DNA of 44,692 nt from Gemmatimonadota bacterium (lineage in GTDB: Bacteria; 4572-55; J002), in NCBI GenBank assembly GCA_003697105.1, contig RFFQ01000166.1:1-44692 (forward strand), given 5' to 3'. A program made the translations under genes and the position numbers. Shown here piece by piece: positions 1 to 8,619 of the stretch. The notes below the pieces were generated by a model. It had not been told where the DNA came from. It searched no databases and saw only the letters and a list, made by a program, of their open reading frames with translations. The stretch's first letter is position 1. Every line of letters starts with the position of its first letter.

Positions 1-1
1 A

Positions 2-169
2 AAATTGGTCGGGGCAAAATGCATTTTGGTCGGGATTTCCTCGGAAGTGGCGCAAACTCTCGTCCATATCGGTATTGATCTGGAACATCTGGACACCTTT
101 GCCACATTGGAAGATGGCTTGCAAGAAGCCCTTTACCGGATGAAATACGAAATTGCTGAACGGCTCTAA
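2..169 (+). CDS. rsbR: 3' end of RsbR-like STAS protein (partial, starts before window)
   Basis: Manual translation KLVGAKCILVGISSEVAQTLVHIGIDLEHLDTFATLEDGLQEAL...* matches the RsbR STAS C-terminus, including the AxT phosphosite region; lies directly upstream of rsbS-rsbT. Confidence 0.85.
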   Translation, partial: KLVGAKCILVGISSEVAQTLVHIGIDLEHLDTFATLEDGLQEALYRMKYEIAERL

Positions 170-198
170 TTGGATGAATTACCGAGAGAGGAGAACAT

Positions 199-579
199 AT
201 GGATCGAATTCCACTGATTGAGGTTGATAAGGTCTTGATTGCACCGGTCCAAATCGATTTAAATGATCAGGTAGCTGAACGGTTGCAACAGGAAATTTTG
301 GAACAGGTCATCCAGATCAAAGCACATGGCGTACTGATCGATTTGAGTGTAATCGATATTGTCGATAGTTACATTTTGCGGATTCTGCATGATACCGCAC
401 TGATGGTACGTGCCCTCGGTGCGGAACTGGTGGTTTGTGGTATCTCCGCTGATTTAGCGATAGCCCTGACTGAACTGGGTTTAGAACTCACCGGGGTTGA
501 GACGGCACTGGATTCTCGCATGGGGCTAGAAATTCTCCGGGAACGTGCGATTCAGAAAAGGAGGATGCTACATGGCTGA
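199..579 (+). CDS. rsbS: Stressosome STAS protein RsbS
   Basis: 126-aa STAS domain with GVLIDLSVIDIVDSY (conserved phospho-Ser) and LTELGLEL; GAGGAG RBS; stop overlaps the rsbT start. Confidence 0.9.
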   Translation: MDRIPLIEVDKVLIAPVQIDLNDQVAERLQQEILEQVIQIKAHGVLIDLSVIDIVDSYILRILHDTALMVRALGAELVVCGISADLAIALTELGLELTGVETALDSRMGLEILRERAIQKRRMLHG

Positions 580-961
580 CTCTCTCATACCGATCCGGGT
601 CGAAGCCGATATTGTAATTGCCCGCAATGAGACACGTCGTGTCGCCCGAAAAGTTGGTTTTTCCATGTCGGAACAAATCAAAGTGACCATTGCGGTTTCT
701 GAATTGGCGCGGAATATCATCAAATATGCCGGTAAAGGGGAGATCAAAGTCTCAGAGATGGGAAGTCCGCGTGGCGTTGAAATTATCGCGGAGGATAACG
801 GTCCGGGGATTGCCAATATTGAAGAAGTTCAGCGAAAAGGGTTCACGACCTCCCGGAGCTTGGGGATGGGAATGACCGCCGTTCAAGCCGCGGTGGATTC
901 GTTCCACATTGAGAGCACGGTGGGCGTCGGTACCAAAGTAACCTGCCGGAAATATGTTTGA
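572..961 (+). CDS. rsbT: Stressosome Ser/Thr kinase RsbT (GHKL ATPase)
   Basis: AVSELARNIIKYAG, EDNGPGI and SLGMGM motifs; start reassigned to ATG 572 behind GGAGG. Confidence 0.9.
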   Translation: MADSLIPIRVEADIVIARNETRRVARKVGFSMSEQIKVTIAVSELARNIIKYAGKGEIKVSEMGSPRGVEIIAEDNGPGIANIEEVQRKGFTTSRSLGMGMTAVQAAVDSFHIESTVGVGTKVTCRKYV

Positions 962-1679
962 GGGACGTCACCCGGAGAGACATCTTTCCTCAGCCAGGCC
1001 GGAATTCCATTTTCGCTCGGTGGTCACGCTGTGCACTGGCTTTCCGAGGGGGGGGGGTTGAAATACTTAGATAACGTATTCGGTAAATCATTGAGCGGCG
1101 TGTTACTTGGCCGCGATGAAATGAGTATAGAAGGAGTCGATGCTGAAATTTGGACTAGACTCTTGTTATTGATGTCAGACGGAAACGCAGATGTGAGGCT
1201 ACTTCCCGCGGGTCCGTAAAAAATAAGTGTTCTTTGAATACTGTTTCAACATCAAGCGTTTTGACTGGAAAAATCATGATTTTTGCCTCTTTTTGCCCTG
1301 AAAACAGGGCAAACGATCCCCTGAGGGCAAATCTCTGCTTTTTTGAGAAGCGCGCTGTCCGTGATTCCACCCTTCCGGCTTTTCTTTACTTTCATGTCCA
1401 TGTCATCATGTATGGTCTGATTCAGCACTGGTATTTACAGAGACGAGCGTTACCCTGATGGCTTTTTTTTGCTCAATTTCAGCTCTTTTATTGAGGGATA
1501 AAATTCAGTTTACACCTCAAATCAAATCTGATATAGTGGATCGGTCAAGGGTGAACCGGTCACGTCGAACGGCGACATACCGTCAACACAACGGACGGAA
1601 CGGTTCGCCCGTTTTAAGCAATATAGACATCGTTAGCGGTTTCTGCGGCTTCAATAATTAGAAAGGCAGGTGATTTTCT

Positions 1680-1718
1680 ATCCGACATCTCGCACCTTAA
1701 AATCGTAACCTGTTGATA
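1680..1718. mobile_element. IS1634-like terminal sequence with IHF site (copy 1)
   Basis: ATCCGACATCTCGCACC followed by TAACCTGTTGATA (reverse complement TATCAAcaggTTA, the IHF consensus). A similar copy lies at 2270. The family assignment is from memory of IS1634 ends. Confidence 0.45.
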
Positions 1719-2102
1719 TGGTGGAAAACAGAACGTCATTTGTTCGATATTTTTGTCTTTTTGGAAACCATTGCTGAACTCAATCAAGGTAATTATCCGA
1801 AAAAGCAGGAAATATTGGAGTTTACCGCCCACATCGATCAACTAGAGCCAGTCCCAGAGATACGTGAGATCGTTGCTTTTTATCTGGAACATAGTTTGAT
1901 GCCGAAAGTCGCCAAAGGTGATGCCGTACATTTAGCCTACGCCTCATACTACAAAATCGATTTTTTATTGACGTGGAATTGTAATCATTTAGCAAATGCG
2001 AATAAACGCTAGCATATTCGAATCATCAATAGTCGATTGGGTTTATCTACGCCAGAGATTGTAACCCCTTTAGGATTGTTCCGAGAGGAGTTGGATCAAT
2101 GA
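1713..2102 (+). pseudogene. PIN-domain (VapC-like) toxin pseudogene
   Basis: GDAVHLAYASYYKIDFLLTWNCNHLANANKR motif. In-frame TAG at 2010-2012, after which the frame continues HIRIINSRLGLSTPEIVTPLGLF to TGA 2100-2102. The N-terminal PIN motif is missing. Confidence 0.8.
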
Positions 2103-2296
2103 TGCTTATAAATGAAGTCTTAAAAGAAAAATACGAAGCTCAAAAAAAGTTGCTTGAAAAGGCGGAAAATGAATCTCTTGATTATTTTTCCGTTGTTGAA
2201 AAAGATGTAAAAGACCTTTTCAGTAAAAATAATTGGAAATTAACATTTGCTAAGCGAAAAGGTGGTTTTATCCGACATTCCGCACCCCATACTTAA
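2099..2296 (+). CDS. Small hypothetical protein, probable partner (antitoxin) of the PIN gene
   Basis: 65 aa, charged; GAGGAG RBS; ATGA overlap with the extended PIN frame; its 3' end runs into an IS-like end. Confidence 0.5.
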   Translation: MMLINEVLKEKYEAQKKLLEKAENESLDYFSVVEKDVKDLFSKNNWKLTFAKRKGGFIRHSAPHT

Positions 2297-2306
2297 GTAG
2301 CTGATA
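2270..2306. mobile_element. IS1634-like terminal sequence (copy 2)
   Basis: ATCCGACATTCCGCACC followed by the IHF-like TAAGTAGCTGATA; same orientation as the 1680 copy. Confidence 0.45.
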
Positions 2307-2339
2307 ATATTTAGGATAGTCCCATCTCACCAAAGCCCG

Positions 2340-2823
2340 TCAGCAGGCGAGTAGTATTCCCCGCAGGCGCTGTCGTGAGGCAAAATAAGTATAGTCGTCG
2401 GTCGCCGACGTTGTGCAAGTGACGGTGATGGTCGGGAGCCGCCGGCAGGGCATGTATCCACAGGGTAGATTCAGGAACTTCGGGAGGTCTGTTTATCTTC
2501 TCGTCGTATGATCCCCGGCCAACAGGGAGAGACCGGTTCATCCGGGTCGTGGGGCACACGATGCCCTCAAATCATTCCGCGAACACTGTCAGTACCAGAA
2601 TACAGCAGATACTCGACGTTGACATTCAGGGATTATTTGACAATATCGACCACAAGAGTTAATTGAATTATTGCATCGTCGGGTCAAAGATGGCGGCATT
2701 GACCGCCTCATCGGCAAATGGCTAAACGCCGGTATCCTTGATGGTCAGAACGTGACCCATCCGACGAAAGGCACACCGCAAGGCGGCGTGATTTCTCCGC
2801 TGCTGGCAAATATTTACCTGTAA
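2340..2823 (+). mobile_element. Degenerate group II intron remnant (partial ribozyme and frameshifted RT fragment)
   Basis: 2542-2823 reads, across two frameshifts, PGRGAHDAL / [15 protein letters not shown] / [27 protein letters not shown], i.e. intron RT subdomains. Upstream GCCGACGTTGT and AGGAACTTCGGGAGGTC resemble intron RNA motifs. The left boundary is approximate. Confidence 0.9.
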
Positions 2824-2860
2824 TTGTACTACAAACCGATTCGTGAATGAAGGAACCATC

Positions 2861-3400
2861 ATGAAAAAACATCTTGTTATTACGCTCACTGGAGCAGACC
2901 AAATTGGCATTGTGGAACAGGTTACTAAACGGGTATTGGACAACGGTGGTAATATCGAAGCCAGCCGTATGGCACGTTTGGGTGGTGAGTTCGCCATACT
3001 CATGTTGGTTTCCGTGGAAGAGTCCCAGTTTGATGCCCTAAATGAAACCATCCAGAACTTGACTCAAAGTGGTTTTCAAGTAACGACCTGTTCTACCGGT
3101 GATAACGAAACAACCCGTTACCACGGCTGGGTACCCTATACTATTGAGGTACACGGTGCGGATCATGAAGGTATCATCCACCATATCACCGGTAAACTGG
3201 CGAAACACGGGGTTAATATTGAAACAATGGATACCAACATGGTTAAAGCGCCCATGAGCGGAACACCGCTATTTATGATGAGCGCGACCGTTTTGATTCC
3301 ACCGGAACAGTCTTTTCGCACCTTGGCGGAAGAGCTGGAGCATACCGCTGATGACCTGAATGTAGATGTAGCGGTCATCCCGTTCACCGGTAAAAAATAG
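2861..3400 (+). CDS. gcvR: GcvR-like tandem ACT-domain protein
   Basis: LVITLTGADQIGIV...ASRMARLGGEFA and a second ACT domain VHGADHEGII..APMSGTPLF; start at MKKHLV. Confidence 0.8.
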   Translation: MKKHLVITLTGADQIGIVEQVTKRVLDNGGNIEASRMARLGGEFAILMLVSVEESQFDALNETIQNLTQSGFQVTTCSTGDNETTRYHGWVPYTIEVHGADHEGIIHHITGKLAKHGVNIETMDTNMVKAPMSGTPLFMMSATVLIPPEQSFRTLAEELEHTADDLNVDVAVIPFTGKK

Positions 3401-3410
3401 AACCGTCCCG

Positions 3411-4097
3411 CTATGACGGCTCTGTTCCGGTTTCCACAAAGTAGTCAAAAATTTGAGTGGAGACTTTCATAAATTCTACCATATTTTTAGCAGAGGCACG
3501 CTTATTTTTGCGATAGACAATCAACTCGTGGTTCTGCCCCTCGACCCACCAACGCCGCTTTTGGGTATATTCTTGTTCCAAAAAGGTCAGAATTGGGGGG
3601 GTAAATGCTCCCCGGACTCGCGCTTCGGGTTTCCCCACAAGCCGGTAATGTTTGGAAAATGCCGGATAAGCAGGAAAATCAATATCCTTAAATCCAAACG
3701 CTTCGCCAATTTTATGGAAGATGCTCTCTGGATGGAGGATAAATTGGGGTAAATGAAGGTGTTCGGATTGAAAGTAGATAACGGTTTGATTGTAGGTGCT
3801 CGAATTTTTCCCCGAACCGGTTACATAGCGATAATCGAATACCCGCATTAGAATATCGCGACTCTTGATGCGGCGTTCCATGATATTCCGGATCTCCCGA
3901 GAATGACCCTTTGTAAAAAGATCGAACACCTCCAGTTGTTCCAGCAAGCCGCTTTCATCTTTCGGGAAAAACCGGAAATGGAATTGGCGGGCGAGGGTTT
4001 CCATCTCCTGCCGCCGTTTATACTCAAAAAAAATCGCCAAACCCACAATGATGAGAATGATCAATACCATTCCACCGATACCGTAAATCGCGCCCAT
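3411..4097 (-). CDS. Hypothetical membrane-anchored protein
   Basis: Long ORF with an N-terminal TM helix; GGAGG before ATG 4097. Confidence 0.75.
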   Translation of the reverse strand: MGAIYGIGGMVLIILIIVGLAIFFEYKRRQEMETLARQFHFRFFPKDESGLLEQLEVFDLFTKGHSREIRNIMERRIKSRDILMRVFDYRYVTGSGKNSSTYNQTVIYFQSEHLHLPQFILHPESIFHKIGEAFGFKDIDFPAYPAFSKHYRLVGKPEARVRGAFTPPILTFLEQEYTQKRRWWVEGQNHELIVYRKNKRASAKNMVEFMKVSTQIFDYFVETGTEPS

Positions 4098-4305
4098 TTT
4101 GCCTCCTAACATATTATTTATCAATAAGTTACTGTTTGATAAATATAGAGAAAACCCGCCCAAAAATCAACAGGATTCGTAACTCCGCTAAATTGAAAAC
4201 CAACACCGGTTTAACGCTGAAAATTTCGTTTGATAAAAACTCGGATCGCAATGCCGGTACACCACTTTACTTAAATAATTAGCACCCAGTTACCTATTTT
4301 TTTAG

Positions 4306-4334
4306 TTGACACGTATCATAATTAATGGTATCCT
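4306..4334 (+). promoter_or_regulatory. Sigma70-type promoter of the J-domain gene
   Basis: TTGACA-N17-TATCCT with a TGn extended -10. Confidence 0.55.
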
Positions 4335-4383
4335 AACTCCCAATTAAACCGTCTTTTTTAGTATCAAAGATGATGATTGCCAG

Positions 4384-5217
4384 ATGTTCAGTCCTCGCGA
4401 AATTAAATATATCGCTGAGATTTTCGGGATCAAGGATGTTTTCTCACTGACCGCTGATGAATTTAAGATCATGCGCCGTAAAGCGTTTCACCGGTGGCAT
4501 CCTGATAAACGGCGTCATGAAGACCCCAATAAAGCCAATCAGCGCTTTATGATTATCAAAAAGTTAGCGGATAAAGTGGACTTCTTCCTGAAAACCCTAC
4601 CAGAAGAACGTGCGCGGATGTCTGGCCAGTTGATGGTTGCCGAGCCTCTCTTGGATTTTGGTACCGTTTACGTGGGCGATCAGCCGGTACTGAGTGTGGA
4701 GGTCTGGACACCCAGTGGTGATGCCGATATGTGGCAATTTATCCGCCCAAAAGAAAATTGGCTCACGTTGGATAAATCTGGCAATAATCTGGAGGTCAAA
4801 GTCAATGCCCGGCGTGCGGGTCGCTATTCTACTAAAATTTCCATATGGGGCAATGGGGAGTGGGCTGAAGTTCAGGTAAAAGTGGAGGTCATTGATCGTC
4901 ACCCTTTAAAGTTATCTAAATCCCGCCTTGATTTTGGCAAGGCGGAAGAGGGGCAAACCTTTGAGGATACCATCAATATTTTGAGTGATGTGCAGTGGTT
5001 TGTTAGCCGTAAACCAGATTGGATTGAGGTAGAAGCTAATGGAAATATGTTGCAGCTCAAAACAACAAAACTACCGTGTGGGAGTTTTTTAGATAAAGTT
5101 GTAATTGATAGCTATAATTCCAGTTACAAAAGTGCAACGGTGTTCATCAGTGTTGAGGTTTATCCCCAAACCATGGTGGGGAAGTTCAAAAATTTTATGT
5201 CTGGGGGGTTGCCTTAA
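4384..5217 (+). CDS. J-domain protein with two C-terminal BACON/Ig-like repeats
   Basis: RRKAFHRWHPDK..ANQRF (HPD motif), then two repeats of LDFG...W...W[LI].....L.[VL]K. Confidence 0.75.
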   Translation: MFSPREIKYIAEIFGIKDVFSLTADEFKIMRRKAFHRWHPDKRRHEDPNKANQRFMIIKKLADKVDFFLKTLPEERARMSGQLMVAEPLLDFGTVYVGDQPVLSVEVWTPSGDADMWQFIRPKENWLTLDKSGNNLEVKVNARRAGRYSTKISIWGNGEWAEVQVKVEVIDRHPLKLSKSRLDFGKAEEGQTFEDTINILSDVQWFVSRKPDWIEVEANGNMLQLKTTKLPCGSFLDKVVIDSYNSSYKSATVFISVEVYPQTMVGKFKNFMSGGLP

Positions 5218-5329
5218 GCCCTAAAAATTTACCAGCAAAACCCCAAAAAAGGTCTTGCATAAATCAATAAAAAACGATACCTTTATGCCAGATTCATGTA
5301 TCTATTAACCTAATTAGGAGGTCTTATTC

Positions 5330-5500
5330 ATGCCACGTAAAATCACAGAAGATTGCCTGGCGTGCGGCGACTGCATGGAAGTTTGTCCAGAAGAAGCCAT
5401 TAGCGAAGGCGATCCCTATTATATTATTGACCCGGATAAATGCAACGATTGCGGTGAATGTGAAGAAGTATGCCCCACGGAGGCTATCATTCCTGTCTGA
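5330..5500 (+). CDS. fdx: 2[4Fe-4S] ferredoxin (56 aa, absent from the ORF track)
   Basis: MPRKITEDCLACGDCMEVCPEEAISEGDPYYIIDPDKCNDCGECEEVCPTEAIIPV with two CxxCxxCxxxCP motifs; AGGAGG RBS; TTGCAT-N17-TACCTT promoter at 5255-5283. Confidence 0.95.
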   Translation: MPRKITEDCLACGDCMEVCPEEAISEGDPYYIIDPDKCNDCGECEEVCPTEAIIPV

Positions 5501-5527
5501 CGTTGCGGGTTCCATCTAATATCATCT

Positions 5528-5561
5528 ACGCCCAAGGCAGACGCTTTGGGCGTTTCTTTTT
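5528..5561 (+). terminator. Intrinsic terminator after ferredoxin
   Basis: ACGCCCAAGGC/GCTTTGGGCGT stem followed by a T-rich tail. Confidence 0.75.
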
Positions 5562-5587
5562 ATCTCATCTCTAACCCAAAGGACTTA

Positions 5588-6139
5588 ATGGTGATTAAAA
5601 ATCCCAAAATAGCTCTCATGGGCATCGGTGGTTCCGGCAAAACCACCCTGGCGGCAGATCTCCACCGGATTCTGGGTGTGCCTTTGATCAGCGAATGTAT
5701 CCGCACCGCGGCGCTGGAACTCGGTTTGGATACTATCAGCGAAATTGATCCCCAAACCCGTCTTGTCCTGCAAACCGTTGCCCTCTCCCGTCAAAAATCC
5801 ATGGAGTGGCTTCATGCCGCCAGTGGATTTGTCAGTGACCGCTCTCGCTATGATTACGAAGCCTATTTTGCCGGATTCTTCGGACAAAACAGCCCCGTTT
5901 GGCAAACGTACTTACGCTTGTCACGGATTGCCGCCACCAAATACGATTTACTGATTTACGTCCCGCCGTTTACCGGCACACCCGAAGATGATGGCTTTCG
6001 ATTGGGGGAAGAATTCCAAATTTTAGAACAAAATGTCGCCCGATATTTAAGAGAATTTTGCGGTGATAGCGCCCTAATTTTGGAGTCGCGTTCTAAAACA
6101 GACCGGTGTCAAGAAGCGCTCGCCTTTATTCGTGGCTGA
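5588..6139 (+). CDS. NadR/AAA_28-type P-loop kinase/ATPase
   Basis: IALMGIGGSGKTTLA Walker A, VSDRSRYD, YDLLIYVPP..EDDGFR. Confidence 0.8.
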   Translation: MVIKNPKIALMGIGGSGKTTLAADLHRILGVPLISECIRTAALELGLDTISEIDPQTRLVLQTVALSRQKSMEWLHAASGFVSDRSRYDYEAYFAGFFGQNSPVWQTYLRLSRIAATKYDLLIYVPPFTGTPEDDGFRLGEEFQILEQNVARYLREFCGDSALILESRSKTDRCQEALAFIRG

Positions 6140-6285
6140 GGGAAAAATCACCGGAAAATACACGTGAAAAATCAATGTGTAACGGCTTGTAGTAGAGCGA
6201 AGGTACTACCAAAACGCATGGTAAATTTAGGGCTTTCGGGTATCAAATCTCTAAAACCGATAAAACTCAAGGTACAAAAAAGTGA

Positions 6286-6321
6286 TTGACAAAATAAAGG
6301 CGAAACTGTATATTTATACAG
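6286..6321 (+). promoter_or_regulatory. Sigma70 promoter overlapped by a CTGT-N8-ACAG (SOS-box-like) palindrome
   Basis: TTGACA(6286)-N17-TATATT(6309); CTGTATATTTATACAG at 6306-6321. Confidence 0.6.
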
Positions 6322-6392
6322 GTTTTGTTTAGTTTTTAATTGTGAAATTACCCTGGCTTAATTATCACGTTGCCAGAAGGAGAGTGCCCAAA

Positions 6393-6530
6393 ATGAACAC
6401 GCCTACTTCGAAAACCCGGCAGGAAAAAATTCAGCAACGCTTGGCTACGATTACGTTGATGCGCCCCCGGCAGATCATCAATGGCTTGACTTTTATTTTG
6501 TATCGCCATTCTGAATCAGTTCAATGTTGA
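6393..6530 (+). CDS. Possible 45-aa small protein
   Basis: AGGAG RBS before ATG 6393, downstream of the promoter; no recognisable motif. Confidence 0.3.
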   Translation: MNTPTSKTRQEKIQQRLATITLMRPRQIINGLTFILYRHSESVQC

Positions 6531-6567
6531 ACTTTTCTTTTTAACTTCTCACAGAGGAGTTTTACCC

Positions 6568-6897
6568 ATGCGCACCGCTACGTTCAATCCCCAAAATCCA
6601 GTGGATCGGATCGATTACAACATTGCAAAATTGAAGGCTTTGGAGTATTTGGTTTCCAACACTCTTGGTGAGTATGAAGAGGGTGTCGCGATTCAGGTTT
6701 CCAATTTTTTTGATGACGTGATTGTATCATTGGAAGATACCCGCGAAGAAATGAAAGCGTGGGCAAACCAGCATCCCGCAAAACGAGTAAACCGACAACC
6801 CAAGTCTGCCTATGACGAAGTAACTGCCCATCTTGGCGAAATTTGGAACGCTGTTTCAGCGCCAATTTACCCCCAAAAACAACCGATCTCATCCTAA
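6568..6897 (+). CDS. Hypothetical protein (109 aa, helical)
   Basis: GAGGAG RBS; followed by a strong terminator. Confidence 0.7.
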   Translation: MRTATFNPQNPVDRIDYNIAKLKALEYLVSNTLGEYEEGVAIQVSNFFDDVIVSLEDTREEMKAWANQHPAKRVNRQPKSAYDEVTAHLGEIWNAVSAPIYPQKQPISS

Positions 6898-6983
6898 GAC
6901 ATCCCTCATACCGGTTTAATTAAAATTAACCATTTAACGGGGGTTTAGGATGGCTTTTCTAGTTTAACCGGTGTAACTACCAC

Positions 6984-7020
6984 AACGCCACAATGATCAA
7001 CATCATTGTGGCGTTTTTTT
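6984..7020 (+). terminator. Intrinsic terminator
   Basis: Perfect 14-bp stem AACGCCACAATGAT/ATCATTGTGGCGTT followed by a T tract. Confidence 0.85.
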
Positions 7021-7187
7021 GGCTTGGAGCAACGAATCGGGAGTGTTTCTTTTTGAAACAATAGCTGTTTTGGCCCAGTTAAGCTATGTGAACGGGTGAT
7101 AGTGGATTGGGACAAGATGTGTTTTATGAGGGTGTTAGGAGTGTTGGATAGGTCAATGATCGATAAGGTATATTATGTAAACTTTAG

Positions 7188-8615
7188 TTAGAGGTGTGGT
7201 GAAAACAACCGGAAGACCCCGTTCCGCAATTTAACCGGCAAAGGGTAGTTTTCAACCTCTCCAAAGGTCAGCGGCCGGGATTGTGATAATTTCTGCTGGA
7301 AGATTGCTATCGCCTCCCGCGCCACACCGGCATCATAACATTCTACGTTGAACTCAAAATTGAGGCGCAGACTCCGCGCATCCCAATTGGACGAACCGAT
7401 CAGTGTCCAATCCTCATCAACAATCATCAACTTGGAATGGTCAAAGGGGGGTGGCACAAGGTAAATCTGGCAACCGCGCTCCAATAACTGCCATAACTGC
7501 GCGGTGGATGCCCACTGCACCAGTTTAAGATTTCCTTTTTCAGGAATTAAAATCTGGACATTAATTCCAGAGAGTGTGGCGATATTCAGTGCCGAAATCA
7601 GCTTGCTATCGGGTATAAAGTAGGGGGTCTGGATTCGGATGGAACGCTGGGCATTGGCAATCGCCCCCAGCAACATCCAATGGATTTTCTCAAAGTCTTC
7701 ATCGGGTCCATCTGGGATGCCGCGAGCCACCACATCCCCAACGGCGCCTAACTCTGGGAACCAAGCGGCACCGGTCAATTGTTCGCGGGTGCAAAAATAC
7801 CAATCTTCCACAAAAACGCGTTGTAAACGATTCACAATGGGACCCTCCAGCCGGAAATGAAGATCATTTACCGCGAGCTTGGCATAATCGCGGATGTTCA
7901 TCCCCCCGGTAAAGCCAATTTGCCCATCGATCACCAAAATTTTACGATGATTACGCAAATTAGCATACGATAAGCGCCAGGGCCACAGGGAGGGTAAGAA
8001 AAAAGCATGGGGAATTCCCAACTTTTTGAGCCGCCACGATACAGAAGGAAAACTGTAATGCAAACCAACACCGTCAATCAGCAGGCGTACCGCCACCCCC
8101 CGTTTGGTGGCACGTTGTAAGGCTTCTAAAAAAGCATCCCCTTGGGCATCATTGCCAAAAATGTAGGTTTCCAAACTGATGGACGTTCGGGCTTGTTCGA
8201 TGGCATCCAGCATAGCGGGGTATGCCTGATCACCGTTGACCAGCATCTGCACCGTATTTCCGGTGGTGATCGGCTCTTTTAAAACAGAATCTCCATATTT
8301 AATCAATTTTAAACGTTGAGGAGCGATATGGAAGCGGTGTAAATCAGGGGCCTCTTGCAAAGTTGGGCGCGGTACCGTTGGGAGGTCTTTAAGCGCCGCC
8401 GCCCGCCGCCGGATACGATTGATCCCGAAAATATAGTACAGGAACGCCCCAACCCCCGGCGAGAAGAGAATTAAGCCGACCCAGATCACTGCCGCCCGCG
8501 AATCCCGTTTGTAAAGCAAGGCATGACATGCCGCCCAGAGGGTCAGGATGAAGAAGGTCAGGGTAAATATGTTGGAAAGTAAATTCTGCCAGAAGGCAAT
8601 CACGTTACCGGACAT
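7188..8615 (-). CDS. cls: Cardiolipin synthase (PLD family, N-terminal PLDc_N helices)
   Basis: Two HKD motifs (NHRKILVIDG, DHSKLMIVD), GSSNWDARSLRLNFE, and N-terminal TM helices. Confidence 0.92.
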   Translation of the reverse strand: MSGNVIAFWQNLLSNIFTLTFFILTLWAACHALLYKRDSRAAVIWVGLILFSPGVGAFLYYIFGINRIRRRAAALKDLPTVPRPTLQEAPDLHRFHIAPQRLKLIKYGDSVLKEPITTGNTVQMLVNGDQAYPAMLDAIEQARTSISLETYIFGNDAQGDAFLEALQRATKRGVAVRLLIDGVGLHYSFPSVSWRLKKLGIPHAFFLPSLWPWRLSYANLRNHRKILVIDGQIGFTGGMNIRDYAKLAVNDLHFRLEGPIVNRLQRVFVEDWYFCTREQLTGAAWFPELGAVGDVVARGIPDGPDEDFEKIHWMLLGAIANAQRSIRIQTPYFIPDSKLISALNIATLSGINVQILIPEKGNLKLVQWASTAQLWQLLERGCQIYLVPPPFDHSKLMIVDEDWTLIGSSNWDARSLRLNFEFNVECYDAGVAREAIAIFQQKLSQSRPLTFGEVENYPLPVKLRNGVFRLFSPHL

Positions 8616-8619
8616 CAGA

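Noticed and set aside
1031-1661. Short ORFs of 62-74 aa on both strands
   Set aside because: No recognisable motifs or RBS and mutually overlapping; likely IS debris. No matching terminal inverted-repeat pair could be defined.
2010-2012. TAG recoding (pyrrolysine or alternative genetic code)
   Set aside because: TAG terminates several intact genes here (3400, 19336, 22110), and the gene is also 5'-truncated, so pseudogenisation is the simpler explanation.
2542-2823. Retron, DGR or defence-associated RT
   Set aside because: The [17 protein letters not shown] and PGRGAHDAL motifs are group II intron-type; the fragment is frameshifted, and no msr/msd, TR/VR pair or accessory gene was seen.
5324-5515. 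63-aa minus-strand ORF
   Set aside because: Antisense shadow of the ferredoxin gene.
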